Shown one piece after another: positions 40,753 through 53,599 of a stretch of 64,000 bases of DNA. The DNA lies in contig JAPEUD010000002.1 in the NCBI GenBank assembly GCA_026026165.1, positions 124,001 to 188,000 of the forward strand. Reading direction: 5' to 3'. The stretch is from Sarea resinae. Taxonomy: Eukaryota. The notes beneath the pieces are model-generated. The model worked only from the letters and a program-made list of their open reading frames with translations, was not told where the DNA came from and made no database searches. Within the stretch, counting starts at the first letter, position 1; the number at the start of each line of letters is the position of its first letter. The position numbers were made by a program, and so were the translations under genes.

Positions 40753-41460
40753 GAGGTGCCATGCTCATGCTGGTGGAGAAGATTGTGGAGAGTTTTTACC
40801 GCGGGGTCAAACCCCTCAGGTTCGTTCGTATATGGGAGACGACTTGCGTCGTGACCGGTACAGGATGCAGCGATATGACTCCCGTAGTTTCTCTATCCAA
40901 GATACTCATGAAAGAAAAAGGTAGATTGAGTGGTTCATGTCGACCGCCAACTACCTGAAACATACATACATACATCCACCACCACCACCCACCATGCAAT
41001 TGCTAAAGCACCTATAAAAATGAGACAGGAGAAAGTCAGGACATTATAAGAAACGGAACCCAAACAAAAGCTATAGTTTCCTAGATCGGCTTCCAACGGC
41101 CTTGACATGAGTGCTTCCCACGTTGAGCGATGCTAGCTCGTCTGTGAAACTCGTGCTGGTCCGACGGCATTACTGGCGTGAGAAATCAGGGGTATTCCTC
41201 GAGTCCTAGAATTCAAGAGTACGCCTTGGCGGAACAGAAATGGACAGGAAAAGGTCAAGAACGGAAAGAACTAGGAAAGAGATCTATAGTGCAAGAAACT
41301 GAACTGGGAAAGGGATGCTTTTAGAGACTAAACGCCTAGACCACTAGACTACTTCTGACTCAAGCGCCTCCGACTCAGACTCGTCCAGCTGTCGGAAGAT
41401 CTCCTGCTGGTCCAGCGATGCTGTCACCTTGAGAAGCGAGGTCAGAAAGGGGCCTCGACT

Positions 41461-43049
41461 CTAGTCGATGATTGCTTTCAGCCCTGTGACAAGACGTCTT
41501 GCGCTCTTTAGCACCCCAGCGCTGAATGAGGCGAGTTCGGCCATGATGTATCTCGGCTCGTGCATCCTGTCGTATTCGATGTAATGGACGTACAGCGTAC
41601 AGTGCTGGTTCTCTGTCGCTACGGAAAAACACACATGAGAGAGTCCCCTATCATCCTCAAATGCAGGCGATCGTGTCCTGAGAGGTGTTGCTGGTGGATC
41701 TGGCTGAGCTGTCTTGTGATCTTGTTTCCGTGGGAGTTGGCAGAATGTCTCTAAGTCCCAGAGTAGACAGGCGCTGGCGACCGCGGCTTGGTTCTCGGCC
41801 ATGTAGACACTGTTTCTGGTCGCGCAGCATTTAGCTTCCACAATAAGAGCGGGAAAGTAGATGTCTTTAGGGCAGCTGAAGACTTTCTTCTGATCGCGAA
41901 GGCTCTCAAGGAGATTCCAGGTTTCGTTCTGATCTTTGAATGCGGTTTGGTGCAGCCTGACGGTGACATCGACAATGCGTGCCCTCAGCTCGTAAGTACG
42001 AGTGCGGATGCTTGAGAGACGGGTGGCATGTCTGAATGCAGGGTAAGCTATATCATCTGTGGAATTAGTGCCTATCCTCTTCATCCACGAGGTGGGGCCA
42101 TACTCCTCTCTATCTTAACGGCGAGACCAGTCTTGTCCGCTAGCCTGCCGAGTGCATTCTCGAAAATCCATCGCCAATCTGCCTCCTGATCCCCGAAGTC
42201 TGAAACGTGTTTGCGAGAGTCTTCTACCAGCTTGCGTGCGGTCTCCTTTATACATTGATTCCGGAGCCTGACAGTTGCACTCTGGCGCATGACAGACATG
42301 CTTAGGGTGTTGAAAAGTGTACTTTCGCGCCCCTCTGTGGAGTTAGTGCGCCCTTCAGTAGAATGTGTGCCCCCCTTAGAGGAGAGAGAAGAATGACTTG
42401 TGTGCTCCCCGCTCGACATACTCTGAAGTTCTGGAGTGGATGAACGCTGGTGCTCGAGCATAGACGCTTTCTTTACATTCTTGGCGGGCGCTTCTATGTC
42501 TTTGCAGGTAGAATCCTTTTGGCGTTCTCTGACAGCTGTACTCCGGCGCTTCCCAGTGGTCTCGATATGATCTTGCCCAGCTGGCGTAATCTGGGGCTCC
42601 TTTAAAGCGAAGAATTCCTTGGCAGTTAGACCAAGGTAGTCTTCACTGTCTATCCCTGGGATATTCTCATTCAACCACGTTATCATCCTCTTCGATAGGT
42701 ATTCAAGGATGTCAATGCCAGCTTTTTGAAGGATTTTGCGATGTTCGGCAGGGTCTTCATCCTTTCTGGTCTTCTTGCTAACAGAGGATCCGGCCGCGGG
42801 TTCTGAAGAAGATGGCTTTGTAAAGACCCTCCTCATCTGACGAGGGGGCATGGCTGAGCTCTTAGAGTCAGACTCGGGTTGCTCTTGGCTGTGGCTGTTG
42901 TCGTTGTCCAAATCAAAGGATCTCTGAGGGGAAGAGCCCATGGTCTGCAACCAGACATCGACCTTATCTATTGATCGAGGGGAGACAGGATTAACCCTGG
43001 TATATGAGGCCAAACGGTAAGTCTGTAGTGTCTTAGTCCCCTTGGTCAT
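41461..43049 (-). CDS. Fungal PD-(D/E)XK nuclease-like protein (DUF7924-type) with disordered N-terminus, 2 exons
   Basis: YFPALIVEAKCC...YMAENQAAVASACLL and CFSVAT..LYVHY; intron 42057-42103 (GTATGG..CTAAT..CAG) joins ORFs 42081-43067 and 41461-42084 in frame; start codon uncertain. Confidence 0.7.
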
Positions 43050-43209
43050 CTTCGTTATCTTGGCCACCTTGCGCGTGATTGCCAGTGGATTGAAAGAAGG
43101 GTGTAGTTTCGACGAAGATGCAGCGGGCTGACAGACGTCAAAGGGCTGAGACGGGTCTCACAAGAAGGTTGAATGCAGTCGCTGAAAGGAAGGCCAAACA
43201 TGAGGCTGA

Positions 43210-43262
43210 AAAAGAAGAAGAAGAAGAAGAAGAAGAAGAATAAGAAGTTAAAGAAGAAGAGG
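43210..43262 (+). repeat. (AAG)n microsatellite upstream of the nuclease-like gene
   Basis: aagaagaagaag... seen directly. Confidence 0.9.
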
Positions 43263-43789
43263 AGGCCAGAGTGGCTCTAGAAAAAACAACGTGCTCGCGT
43301 GTTTAGACGCCTTCATCATTCACGTCATTCAATGTGTTGACGACTGCGTCAACGGGAGACTCTGTCGGCTGACTCCGTGACAGATGAAGTGTTGCATCCT
43401 CCGCGACACTCACGGTGACTGTTCTTGGTTGAGGCTGGCCGGACCCCCGTGGTCCTCTTTGTTCCCACTGACACCTACCTCTCACTCGCCTGCACTGCAT
43501 TCACGATTTCTTTGAACGGCATCGGCACGGCAAGGGACGGCGGTGTCCAAATGGATGGCAACTATTTGCCATCTTTGGTTCTTTGTTGTCCGGCCGTGAA
43601 GGGAATGGACGTCAAGCTGGAATGGTAGCACCAAGCCCTAAGGGAGTGGATCGGGGAGGATCTGATCTGATCTGATCTGACCTGGTCGGGTCGGGTCTGC
43701 CGCATTGACAGGCAATCACACCTCGGACTTACAGAGTAAGCTCCTGACTAAAGTACAAAGTACGAAGTTCCTTGTGCTTGTTCTGCTCG

Positions 43790-44215
43790 TAGTTGTAGTC
43801 TCCTATACTAACAACTTACTCGTCTACTGTTCTGTCGCCAGCCTATATTCATTCGAGCTACCATCAATTGAATAACAACATTTAGCTCTATTGTATCTTA
43901 GCAATGATAGTTTACTTTCTGATCCTTGAAGAGAAGGATTGCTTTCTAGATTTGTGTTGACATCTAAAATATTGAAAACATTACAATTAAACCTCCAAAA
44001 AATAAAAAAAAGAACTATAAAATGCAAATATAATTAATGATAAACCTGAAAAGTTTTGTCTCGATTCCAATAATCAGGCATTTTAATTGTTTTCAATTAA
44101 CTCCTTAGGTTCTCCCTTATTAGTGAGAGAGCAGGGAAGAGAGCAAGGAAAAAGAGTAGGTATAAGGGGTAAGGGGTAAAGGGTAATCGATAGCGAGAAA
44201 ACTAATATGTATATT
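43790..44215. other. Short AT-rich island, possibly a RIP-degraded repeat relic
   Basis: Abrupt AT/TpA enrichment relative to flanks; no recognisable ORF. Confidence 0.35.
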
Positions 44216-44323
44216 GAGATCTACCCAGACCCAGGCTCAGACGCAGACGCAGAAGCGAAATCAACCAGTGAGAAGAGAGAGAGAGAGCCAACACAATCCC
44301 CCTAGTCTGCCACCGCCACCTAT

Positions 44324-46516
44324 CTACACGTCCTTGCCTCCTTTTCTGTCTCGTCCATCTTCTTCCACTCCAACTTCGTCCACTCCATCGCCGTCCCTCA
44401 CCACACCAAAACTAACCCCATCACCCACCTCCCTCCTCATCCCAATCTCCTCCCCTTCCACTTCCAAAACCCCGGCATCCTCCACGCCAGCAACTTTCCG
44501 CCTCCTGTCCCGGGCAAGGAAATACCACACGGCCGCCACGGAACCCCCCTCGCCAAGGACAAAACACGCGCAGCAGAAGATCCAGCCCTTGCGAAACATA
44601 GGCTCCTGGTCCTGCGGAAACGTGAGCAGCGGCACCCAGGCATTGAAGGCGTAGCCCATGGTATTCATTGAGCCGAGCACGAGGGCGCGCTCTTCTGCGT
44701 CGGCAGAGCAGATTTCGTTTGCTAGTGTGAGCGCCAGAGGGCCGTAGGGTACTGCGGCTCTGGAATTGCACGACCATTGTTAGTTCTGTGTCGTCAGGGG
44801 TGGTGGGCGGGGGTAGTAGGAGGATGGGGCAAGAAGGGGTAGAGATTGGGGAGGATGAGGGTTGACGAGGGTTTCGATGGGATACGCACCTATTGACGAT
44901 GAAGGCGAAATATTTAAGCCCTTTTGGGATGTACCAGATTGCGAGGAGAATTGCAGAGAGAAAACCCCAAAACTAGAATCGGTTTATGTTAGGAGAGTCG
45001 AAAACGGCAGTATTATGCTGATCCGTTCGGAATAGGAATTTACTTACGACCGAGAATAACATCACGCCCGTGCGGTTCTTGAGGAAGTCGCTCAGAATGG
45101 CAAACGTGACGGTCGATACTAGTTGGACGGCATATTGCGACGTGGGTATGACGTTCTGCCAAGAAACAAGAAAGCAGTTAAGAGGGAGCGCTGCTGACAG
45201 TATTTTTTGAACAATTTGGTCAGAATAGAGACATACCACTTTATACGTCGATTCGCCCTCGGACTTCAGCCACAGCGCCATCGGATTGACGCTGCCCGAC
45301 GGCCCCGCATTGATAAAGGTGATGTACAACACTGTGAGCACGTAGACGTGCCAACGTCCAAAAACGCGCTTCCATACAGACCTTCCCAGCCCCCTCCGCG
45401 GAGCTCTCTTTACACTTTCCATCCTGTTCCGGCCCATCTCCCTATCAGTAGCGTTCAGGTAGAACGCCCGCGTGTTTTCCGGCAAGTCCGGCAGCAGAAA
45501 GAAGCCCGCTAGAGTGATAGGAATGCTGATAACGCCATCCATGATGAACAACCATTTCCACCCTGCCAGTCCTCCTCTGCCATTCAGTCCCTTGTATACA
45601 CCTGCCTGAAGGTAACCTGAGAACATGCTGGCGGCGGCCGAGGAGGAGTGGAAGATACAGGCGCGCTTGGCGAGCTCCGAGGGCTTGTACCATGCACCGA
45701 GGATGGTATGGGCGGCGGGATAGAAGACGGATTCGGCGAGACCAACGAAGAAGCGGATGGCGATTACGTGATTTGATGTTTTTGCGCTGGCGAGACAGAA
45801 GGTGAGCATCGTCCAGACGAGTTCGGAGCAAGGGATCCAGATTGAGGGGCGGACTTTGGAGTGTCAGTGGGTGAAGATGGGAAAAAGTTATAGGACAGAC
45901 GGTATGGAGAGGATATTACCTTTTGTAAGAACAATTTGAGACGGGAACTGCCCGATCACATAGCCTACTGTCCATGCTGTCTTGTCAAAAGTCAGCCTTG
46001 GAAATTACTTGAAGGAGTCAGTACTCACGTCCACCAGATTAAGCTGATTTCCGTTCATCTTGAGGTCTTCTTTCATGCCACTAACAAAAGCATTGCTAAT
46101 GTTCGTTTGGTCGAGATTTCTAGAAATTATCAGCACAGACCCAAAGAATGAACATCCCGTCTTCTCCTACTACTTACTTGATGAAGTATCCAAATGACAA
46201 CATCGAGATCAGGAATACATCAAGCTTCTGCACGAATTTGCGTTCTTCATGACTTCGACCCGGTTCGTAGTCCTATCGTCACATCGTCAGCTGCATCTCT
46301 CTCGAACGAGCGTTAATTATCAATGCTAACCCAGATATACGACCACCATGGCGCTTTTGCATATTCCCTTGTACGCTGCCTCTCTCCATCTTTAGAGCTG
46401 CTGCCATCGTGCTCATCGAACGTAGTAACAGCAGCGTTAGATTTGGAAATATCGTGCTTGACCTCGGTAGATTCTCTTGTCGAGACATCATCTCTCTGCT
46501 TCCCCTGATGGGCCAT
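44324..46516 (-). CDS. MFS anion:cation symporter (Dal5/Fen2/Liz1/Soa1-type), multi-intron; likely sulfonate/organosulfur permease
   Basis: RFVQKLDVFL, LDQTNISNAFVSGMKEDL, IRFFVGLAES, GAWYKPSELAKR, GLAGWKWLFIMDG, GYAFNAWVPLL; adjacent to TauD gene. Confidence 0.88.
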
Positions 46517-46607
46517 TTTGAAAAATTGAGAAGTTGGGATTAGCGTACCCGTCTTGTTGAAAAAAGCTACCAAGACGTCGATTTTACTCGACGATCTCGC
46601 ATGGTCA

Positions 46608-46617
46608 ATGGCATCAT
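46608..46617. promoter_or_regulatory. CYS-3/MetR-type sulfur-regulon site ATGGCATCAT
   Basis: Exact match to the Neurospora CYS-3 consensus ATGRYRYCAT, ~90 bp upstream of the MFS ATG. Confidence 0.6.
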
Positions 46618-47101
46618 CTGGGACGCCAAATATGGCGACCACAGGGCCTCATCTCGCGCAATCGTGAAATTGTGCATTTGGGCATCGAATTGGTAACGGA
46701 TTGTCACATCGTTGCTCCAAGTCTGGACCCTGATCCTGGTTCGAAGACCCCGTTCGGAAACACTTTCCCACGTGGAACTCCCTCAGCGATTTGCCCTGGA
46801 GCCTTCGTAATCCATGACACTGGAGTGGGATTGTTTGGGGGTCTGACCCCAAAAGGCGCCTTCACGCTTCACCCCACACTTTCGCAATGGATCAGAGCGA
46901 TGGTGTGCCCGATAAGAGAAGCCTCTTATCTGCGGATTCTAGAAGAGAGATGAACACGGAGAGCATGCAGAGCATGCAGAGCACGGAGAGCATGAAGGGC
47001 GTTGACGATCGAATTAGATGGTTCCTATTAGTTGTGGGTGCTGCTGAACCATGTTTCGCCTGCAGTCGCCTGCAGGGTCGTCTTTCGTGATGCTATAAAC
47101 G

Positions 47102-47113
47102 AATTGCGCAATT
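47102..47113. promoter_or_regulatory. bZIP-type palindrome AATTGCGCAATT (CYS-3/MetR-like variant)
   Basis: Perfect 12-bp palindrome ~260 bp upstream of the TauD ATG. Confidence 0.45.
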
Positions 47114-47375
47114 AGGAAATGCCCGCCACCAGCGAACGCCGCCCAGATGACAATATCCATGGATGCATCCCCCAACGTCTCTGCTTGAAAGGGTAAACAA
47201 ATGCTGCCCGTCAAAGGCGGATGGATTAAAAATCATCGGAGAGGCAGATGAGGGGTAGATGCATTCTGCCGGATGACAGGAAAGATGGTGTATTTAAAAG
47301 TGCGATGATTCCGCGATACCATCATTGAATGACTGCAAAGGCAAAACGTGCCATAGAGAAATCAGAATCGCAATC

Positions 47376-48760
47376 ATGGCTCCCGCTGCAATCATCGATA
47401 GAATCGTGGACGTGGTCCAGCCCAAGAAAGACACTCTCGGACTCCCCGCACCCACCAGAGCGCGGCTGGAGAAAGCTGGCATCGATCTCAGCCAGGGCTA
47501 TCCGTACCGTCCAGCTGCTCCCAAGTATCTCGACGATGTCTTCGAGATCCGCAACGACGAGCGCGAGTACGTCGACGCGGGCTCTCGAGCGGACCCGGAG
47601 AAGAAGGCCCTACTGAGCGCGGCCAAAGAAGTCATCCACTTGACACAGCACATTGGCACGGAGCTGGTTGGCATTCAGCTCAAGGACTTGACGGCCCAGC
47701 AGAAAGATGAGCTCGGTCTCTTGATCGCCGAAAGGTCTGTCGTCTTCTTCCGTGATCAAGACATCTCTCCGCAGCAACAGAAGGCGCTGGGAGAGTGGTA
47801 TGGAGATATTGAAGTTCATGTAAGTGCTGCATCCACGAGCCGACGACAAACGATAGACGATGCACGATAGATCTGACCGCCACGCAGCCTCAAGTGCCCC
47901 AGGTTCCAGGTGTGCCGGGCGTGACCGTGATCTGGCCCGCACTGCAAGCCACCGAATCGGCCGCCAGCTTTCGCAAACCCGGCGGGGCGTCGAGATGGCA
48001 CAGGTATGTTGATGCAGATATTCGAGGCGGCAAGTCCTGACTCTCATTTCTACTAGTGATTTGGTCCACGAGAAGCATCCCGCTGGAGTCACCCATCTCC
48101 GTAAGTTACCCACAAACCCTTTCACTGCATGAACGGCGCTCTAACCAGCAATATCGCTCCAGACAACGATACCATTCCATCACGTCCGTATAATCTTACT
48201 ACGCCATCCTGGGCACTTATCACTGCGTAGGAGTCGTAATGACTAACCATTGTACAGTTGGCGGAGACACGTTATGGGCCTCTGGCTACGCTGCCTACGA
48301 AAAGCTCTCCCCAGACTTCCGCAAACTGATTGACGGCAAGCAAGCCGTCTACCGCAGTGCGCATCCCTACTTGGACCGTAGGAACCCCGAAGCGGGCCCC
48401 AAATACATCGAGCGCGTACACCCTTTGGTCCGCGTGCACCCGGCCACGGGCTGGAAATCCCTCTGGGTGAACCGCGCCATGACCGATCGAATTGTCGGTC
48501 TGGACAAGGCCGAGAGCGACCTGATTCTCGGATATCTTTATGATGTCTATGAGCGCAACGTGGATATCCAGGTGCGGTTCAAGTGGACCCCCCGGACAAG
48601 CGCCCTATGGGATAACCGCATCACGATCCATAATGCCAGCTGGGACTATGAAGGTAAGGAGCCCAGACATGGGACGCGAGTGACGGCGTTAGCGGAGAAG
48701 CCGTATTTCGATGCCAAGGCGCCTACTAGAAGGGAGGCTTTAGGCCTCTCTGTTGATTAG
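47376..48760 (+). CDS. TauD/TfdA alpha-ketoglutarate-dependent sulfonate dioxygenase (Jlp1-like)
   Basis: IGTELVGIQL, LLIAERSVVFFRDQ, WHSDLVHE (HxD), GGDTLWASGY, VHPLVRVHPATG, LWDNRITIH; introns 47821-47887, 48004-48056, 48101-48162, 48184-48257 (21-nt micro-exon 48163-48183). Confidence 0.93.
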
Positions 48761-49306
48761 TTTGAGCTGCCTCAGATTAGTATCTCACGACTATCCATAT
48801 AAGTAGTCAAATCAACGATGAGGTTCAAACATCACATCTTTCGGTCGATTGACATTTAGAATTGCTTTGAATTCCCAATCCCCCTTATGTAGGTAAATAG
48901 GTAAGGGCCCTCCATTTTATACCTTGAGATATACACCCCGGGGTATAGACGCACAAGTGGGGTAGATAGTCTTATATACACTAATTGAAAATTATACCGC
49001 GTGCTGCCGAGAGCAGAAGCGCTCCCACAGTGCTGGTGAAGACGTAATGGAAGGTCAATTGTGACGAATCCGAGTGAAAGCGGAACACTCTTTATTGCCT
49101 GAAGCTCCTGGATCTGTTTTTTTCGGTCTTATTGGTAGTCTCAGGGCTCATAGGAGACACCTAGTCGGTGGCGCAGCAATGGAATGAAAACAGTCCGCTG
49201 GACACCTCTGCAGCAGTCTCAACTCTGGCGGATGAAGCGTTGTGCAGCAAAGGAGGCTTTCTTCGGGTTGAGGCGATAACGGGATGTAGCTCTGGGAGCA
49301 TTCACA

Positions 49307-50916
49307 TCATTCCATCTCATGCAGTCCAGGCTGTTCCCGTACAGGTAACTCGCTCGGAGGGCTCGCAGGATCAAGCTCCGTAGCCAAAGCCTTGTCGTAT
49401 TTCGTATTCCCTCCGTGCGCCTCCGCGGCATTCGAGTTCGGCCCTTCTGCCCCTAGCTCTGCTCTCTCCGCCTTCTCGGCCTCCTCCTCGCCCCCAGGTA
49501 CAGGCTGGTGGCGCTTCCGGTGATGAAAGAACCAGGCACCTCCAACGATAGCAAGCACAACGGGCACGCCGACTCCGATCCCGACGCCGATGCCAATCTT
49601 CGAACCAGATGAAAGACCGCTGTGGGGCTCGTAATAGCCAGTGTATTTGGCACTCTTGACCTTTTTCTGGTCGGTTTGGCCATTGCAACTTAGCTCTGTG
49701 ATATTGCGTGTCTTGTTGAGAATTGCAAACTCAGTGCAGTCAAAGTTGTGATCCGTCGTATCAACTATAATGGAGTACCCATCTTCGAATCTAGGGAAGC
49801 TGACACTGTGTTGAAAGTCAGACACGAGTTCCATAATAGGCCTGAAGGCCGACCTACTTCGAAAACGAGCCATTGAGCGTGATCTCACTCGAATCTAACA
49901 GAGAAGCCAATTCGAGCTGCTTTAGTGCTGTATTTTTCGAAAATACCATAAAACTTTCGACAGAGAGAACTTTTGGCATGGACAGTAGACTTAATTTCGG
50001 GTTGTTCATAATATATAGATCCTCGATCTGGCGAAATACTGGTAATGAGACATTCGCCAATTCCGAATTGTTTGCGATGACGAGACTGAGTTGGACGGTG
50101 CCGAGGACTGGAAGCTCAATGGAGTGCAGATAGTTATTTTCCTGAAACGCTATGCTGCTGGTGACATTTTGTAGAAGCGGCGCCGAGAAATTGGTAACTT
50201 CGCTCACGTTCAGGTTCTTGACGGACTGAAGGCTTGGGAACGAAAGGGCCGTCTGCCCATTGGCAATCCCGTTACCGTTACTGTAGATCAGAACGTCCCC
50301 TGTGGCATTGGCGAAAGACAGCTGGATATCGCTCAGGAAAGGGTTATCAGTCACGTTCACTGCATCGACCGATTTCATGTTGAAACCCTTTAGCGAAGTC
50401 AAAGAGGTGTCTTGAATAACGACCGAGGAGCAATTGCTCAATCCGGTATCCAACGATAAACTCGTAAGATTGTACAGATTGTTCTGTAAGGCGATGCCGT
50501 TCCCTACAGTAGTAAGATTGGGTAGGTCCAACTCCAAGAGATTTTCTAGCTGGATAATGGACAATTTCCCGCCAATCTCCCTGAGACTGGGGAAGTTGAT
50601 GCGATTCAGGTCAGGGACGCCTTCACAGTAGAGGTCACCTCCGATGGTGGTAAGTCCAAGGAATGAAATATTTTTCCCGGCTCCAGACTGTATGAAGACA
50701 TCACCGGGAACACTGATACAGGAGGATAGCTGATCTGCCGTCGTTGCATTCGTCACCGTGTTCGAATAGCCGTCGCAATCGATGCTCTGCCCTGAAAACC
50801 GCGAAGAAGAATCAGTAGCTGTCAACACAGTTATCTCGGAGTGGCCCACCCCAAGTAAGCCCCACGATAGGCAGCGTCGCCCAAAGGAGCCTCAGAAGCA
50901 TATGGTCCAAGGCCAT
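49307..50916 (-). CDS. ECM33/Sps2-like receptor-L-domain (LRR) surface protein with a single TM helix and cytoplasmic tail
   Basis: Signal peptide MALDHMLLRLLWATLPIVGLTWG; LxxIGGxL / FPSLxxV repeats; GLSSGSKIGIGVGIGVGVPVVLAIVGGAWFFHHRKR TM + stop-transfer; introns 50792-50849, 49806-49857. Confidence 0.85.
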
Positions 50917-52364
50917 GGTGATGCTTGGCCCGAAGGACTATGACATCCAGCTCCCGCGGTGAGGAAGCACGTCTCTGAATAATGTGAAGCCGGTCATATG
51001 AGCGAAGGTGCAGCAACAGAACAATACTTTATCCGATGACAGAGCCGGACCCTAATGCGATAACAACGAGAAGGCGGCACAGACATGGCAGGGCGAAGCA
51101 GGGGTCACAACCAACAGTTGCAGGCTTCGCCGTCCCGTCACCCATTTGTCGGACGGGGCTGCAGGGTTTCGTACGATTTAAGAATGCTACGAAGCTCTTC
51201 GCTATGCCTTAGTCGTACCTCGTGCACACTATTTGGGCCCCAGCCAAGCCAATCCGCAGGCGGTGCAAACGCGAGAGGCCTTTAGCTCCAAAAGGCAATG
51301 GATCCGCTGTCGTTAGCTCTGCGGGACTGGCGACGATCGTCGAGGTAATAATGAGTCGTTCGATTCTTCTTATGTGTGTATCTTGAGGGTCGAAAGTGAG
51401 AGATGGTCACGGAATCATTGCGATTGTTTGCGTTGTGAGCGCCTTCATGAAGATGCCGCCGATTGGGCGGGTCAAGCCAGCCATGAAGAGATGCGAAGCT
51501 GGATACAGATCGTGTGAAGCGAAACAGATAACATGAAGGCTGGAAAGCCGGAAGGCAGAACAGCGTAAGACGGACGAATATTGAGTGACAAGGGACGGTA
51601 CTAGACTGCGACGATGTCTTGTTATTGGTGTTCTGCGGTGCCAAGAGACTTGTAAGACAGTCCAATGCAAGCCAAAAACGCGAGGGCACACACATGGCGT
51701 TCTCTTTGACCTGACCAGGCTTAGATGACCAGTAGACGTGCAGGGCATTGGATCCCTCGTTCCCTCAACCACTGAAGCGACCGGCGGACCCATCCTGTAA
51801 TTTGATCTCATCGATCAGAGCTGATTAGGGTGATGATGAATTCAGGGTCTCCAGCCCAATTGTCGGCCGGCTCCAACAGAGTACCTCTTAGCATCTCGAT
51901 CACCCGGGGTCCGGACGGAGCTTGATAATCTAACGAGTTACGAGCCCTCTTGAAACGGAAAGATACCGTCCAGAGGGCTGCAACCACCTCATAGTACTGC
52001 AGCATTAGGCATTCGACCTGTTCCGACCAAGGTTGATTTCAGAGTCAAATCTGTCAGCAACGATGGTAGCCAGCAGTATGAACGGCTACCGCCTTTCAGC
52101 CTAAATGAACGTGGCACCCTTGCGCGGAGTAGAGTAGAGGTCGACCAAGAGGTTGCAAAGACTAATTCCGCACATACCTTAGTACGGAGTAACAAAACGT
52201 GCCGGCTACATAGAGTTCAAAAGTAGAGGGTTTGGCCGCCGCTTTTTAATGCCCTTTTACCTAGCACAGTGCCGCTTTAAAGTGGCAACCTCTGTTTTAT
52301 AATGCATGTACTTTTTACCTTAGGCAAAACACTGCACACCTCCTTAATAATCTAAGGCTAAGAT

Positions 52365-53250
52365 ATAACCTGTGTTGCTAGCAACTTAGGCAATTATATC
52401 TTCTACTATCTAAAGAGTTAGGTACCTTTACTATAGCAAGGCTTTTAGGAAAATATTAGTACTCTACTTATAATAAAGAGTTTTACTAGAAGTTCTTATC
52501 TAATATAGTCTTAAAGACTCTTTAGTAGCTCTAGTTTTAGCAACAACTAAACTTTCTATTTAGTGTGTATAGTAAATATAGTAAGTGTAAGTTTCTTAGC
52601 TATTACTACTATATATACAACTAATTTGCTTTATTATAGGTTTTATACTTTTATAGAATATAACCTAGATATCTATCTCTATTATATTATAATAGAGAAT
52701 CTATAGGCTTATATAACTTAGTTTTTAAATAATAGTTAGATTATAAAGCTTAATACAATATATATAAGAATGTAGTTTTAGAGGATAATATACTAATAGT
52801 GTTTATATTAGCTATTACTTTTTCTTCTTACTTAAGAGATAAAGAATATAAGCTCTTATTATTATTAATAAGTATTAATACCTCTAACACTATATAGTAT
52901 ATTAGAACCTATTTAAAAGAAGAGTATAAACTTAAAACAACTACTATAGATAAGCTAACTATAAGTGTTAATAATTTATTTGTAATACTTTATTATTATT
53001 TTACCTTATATACAGATTATTTTACAACTAAATAAGAATAGCTATAGCTTGTATTTGTCTATATAATAATTGTATATATATCTATATAACTGTTATTATT
53101 ACTAGCTTTAGATATATATATAGACACTCTAGTCTATAGAGATATTAAACTATTTAAGATAAAAGACCTAGAGAATTCTAAGAAGTATCTTAGTATTAGA
53201 AAAGTATATACACACCTTAATAAAGAGAAAAGAAATAAAGAGACTTTATA
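52365..53250 (+). pseudogene. DUF3435 tyrosine recombinase ('captain')-like gene, N-terminal half, heavily RIP-mutated
   Basis: From 52898: YIRTYLKEEYKLKTTTIDKLTISVNNLFVILYYYFTLYTDYFTTK*E*L*LVFVYIIIVYISI*LLLLL..TLVYRDIKLFKIKDLEN; reversing RIP transitions gives KPTMSVDDL..LHHH..TDYF.TERERLQLA..AYTSTRP..LL..LVYRDIELF..DPE; preceded by CTAAC..TAG acceptor. Confidence 0.75.
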
Positions 53251-53599
53251 AGTGCCTATACTATTATAAGAGATTAAACTAGATTGCACTAGATAAGTGC
53301 TAGATAGTCCTAAAGATATAGGAACTGCTAAATTATAATAGCGCTACTATACTTAATAGTTGTTAAGTGTGTCACTATCTTAGGTCTTACTACTAATATA
53401 TCTTAAAGAACTTAAATAGGTAGCAGAATAAGCGTATCAATTAATATAAGCTATTAGCCTATAGCCTAGTAACTAAGTAATAAGAAGAAGAGAAAAAAAC
53501 TAATGTGCTAACTGCTTGCTTAACTAAATGCTAGAAAACTAATAACTAAATAAATGTATTAAGAACTAATAATACCTCTCTTCTAACTCTCTAAGGAAT

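Noticed and set aside
51700..52200. Host gene truncated by the Starship-like insertion
   Set aside because: Short minus-strand ORFs with no recognisable homology; cannot be supported without a search
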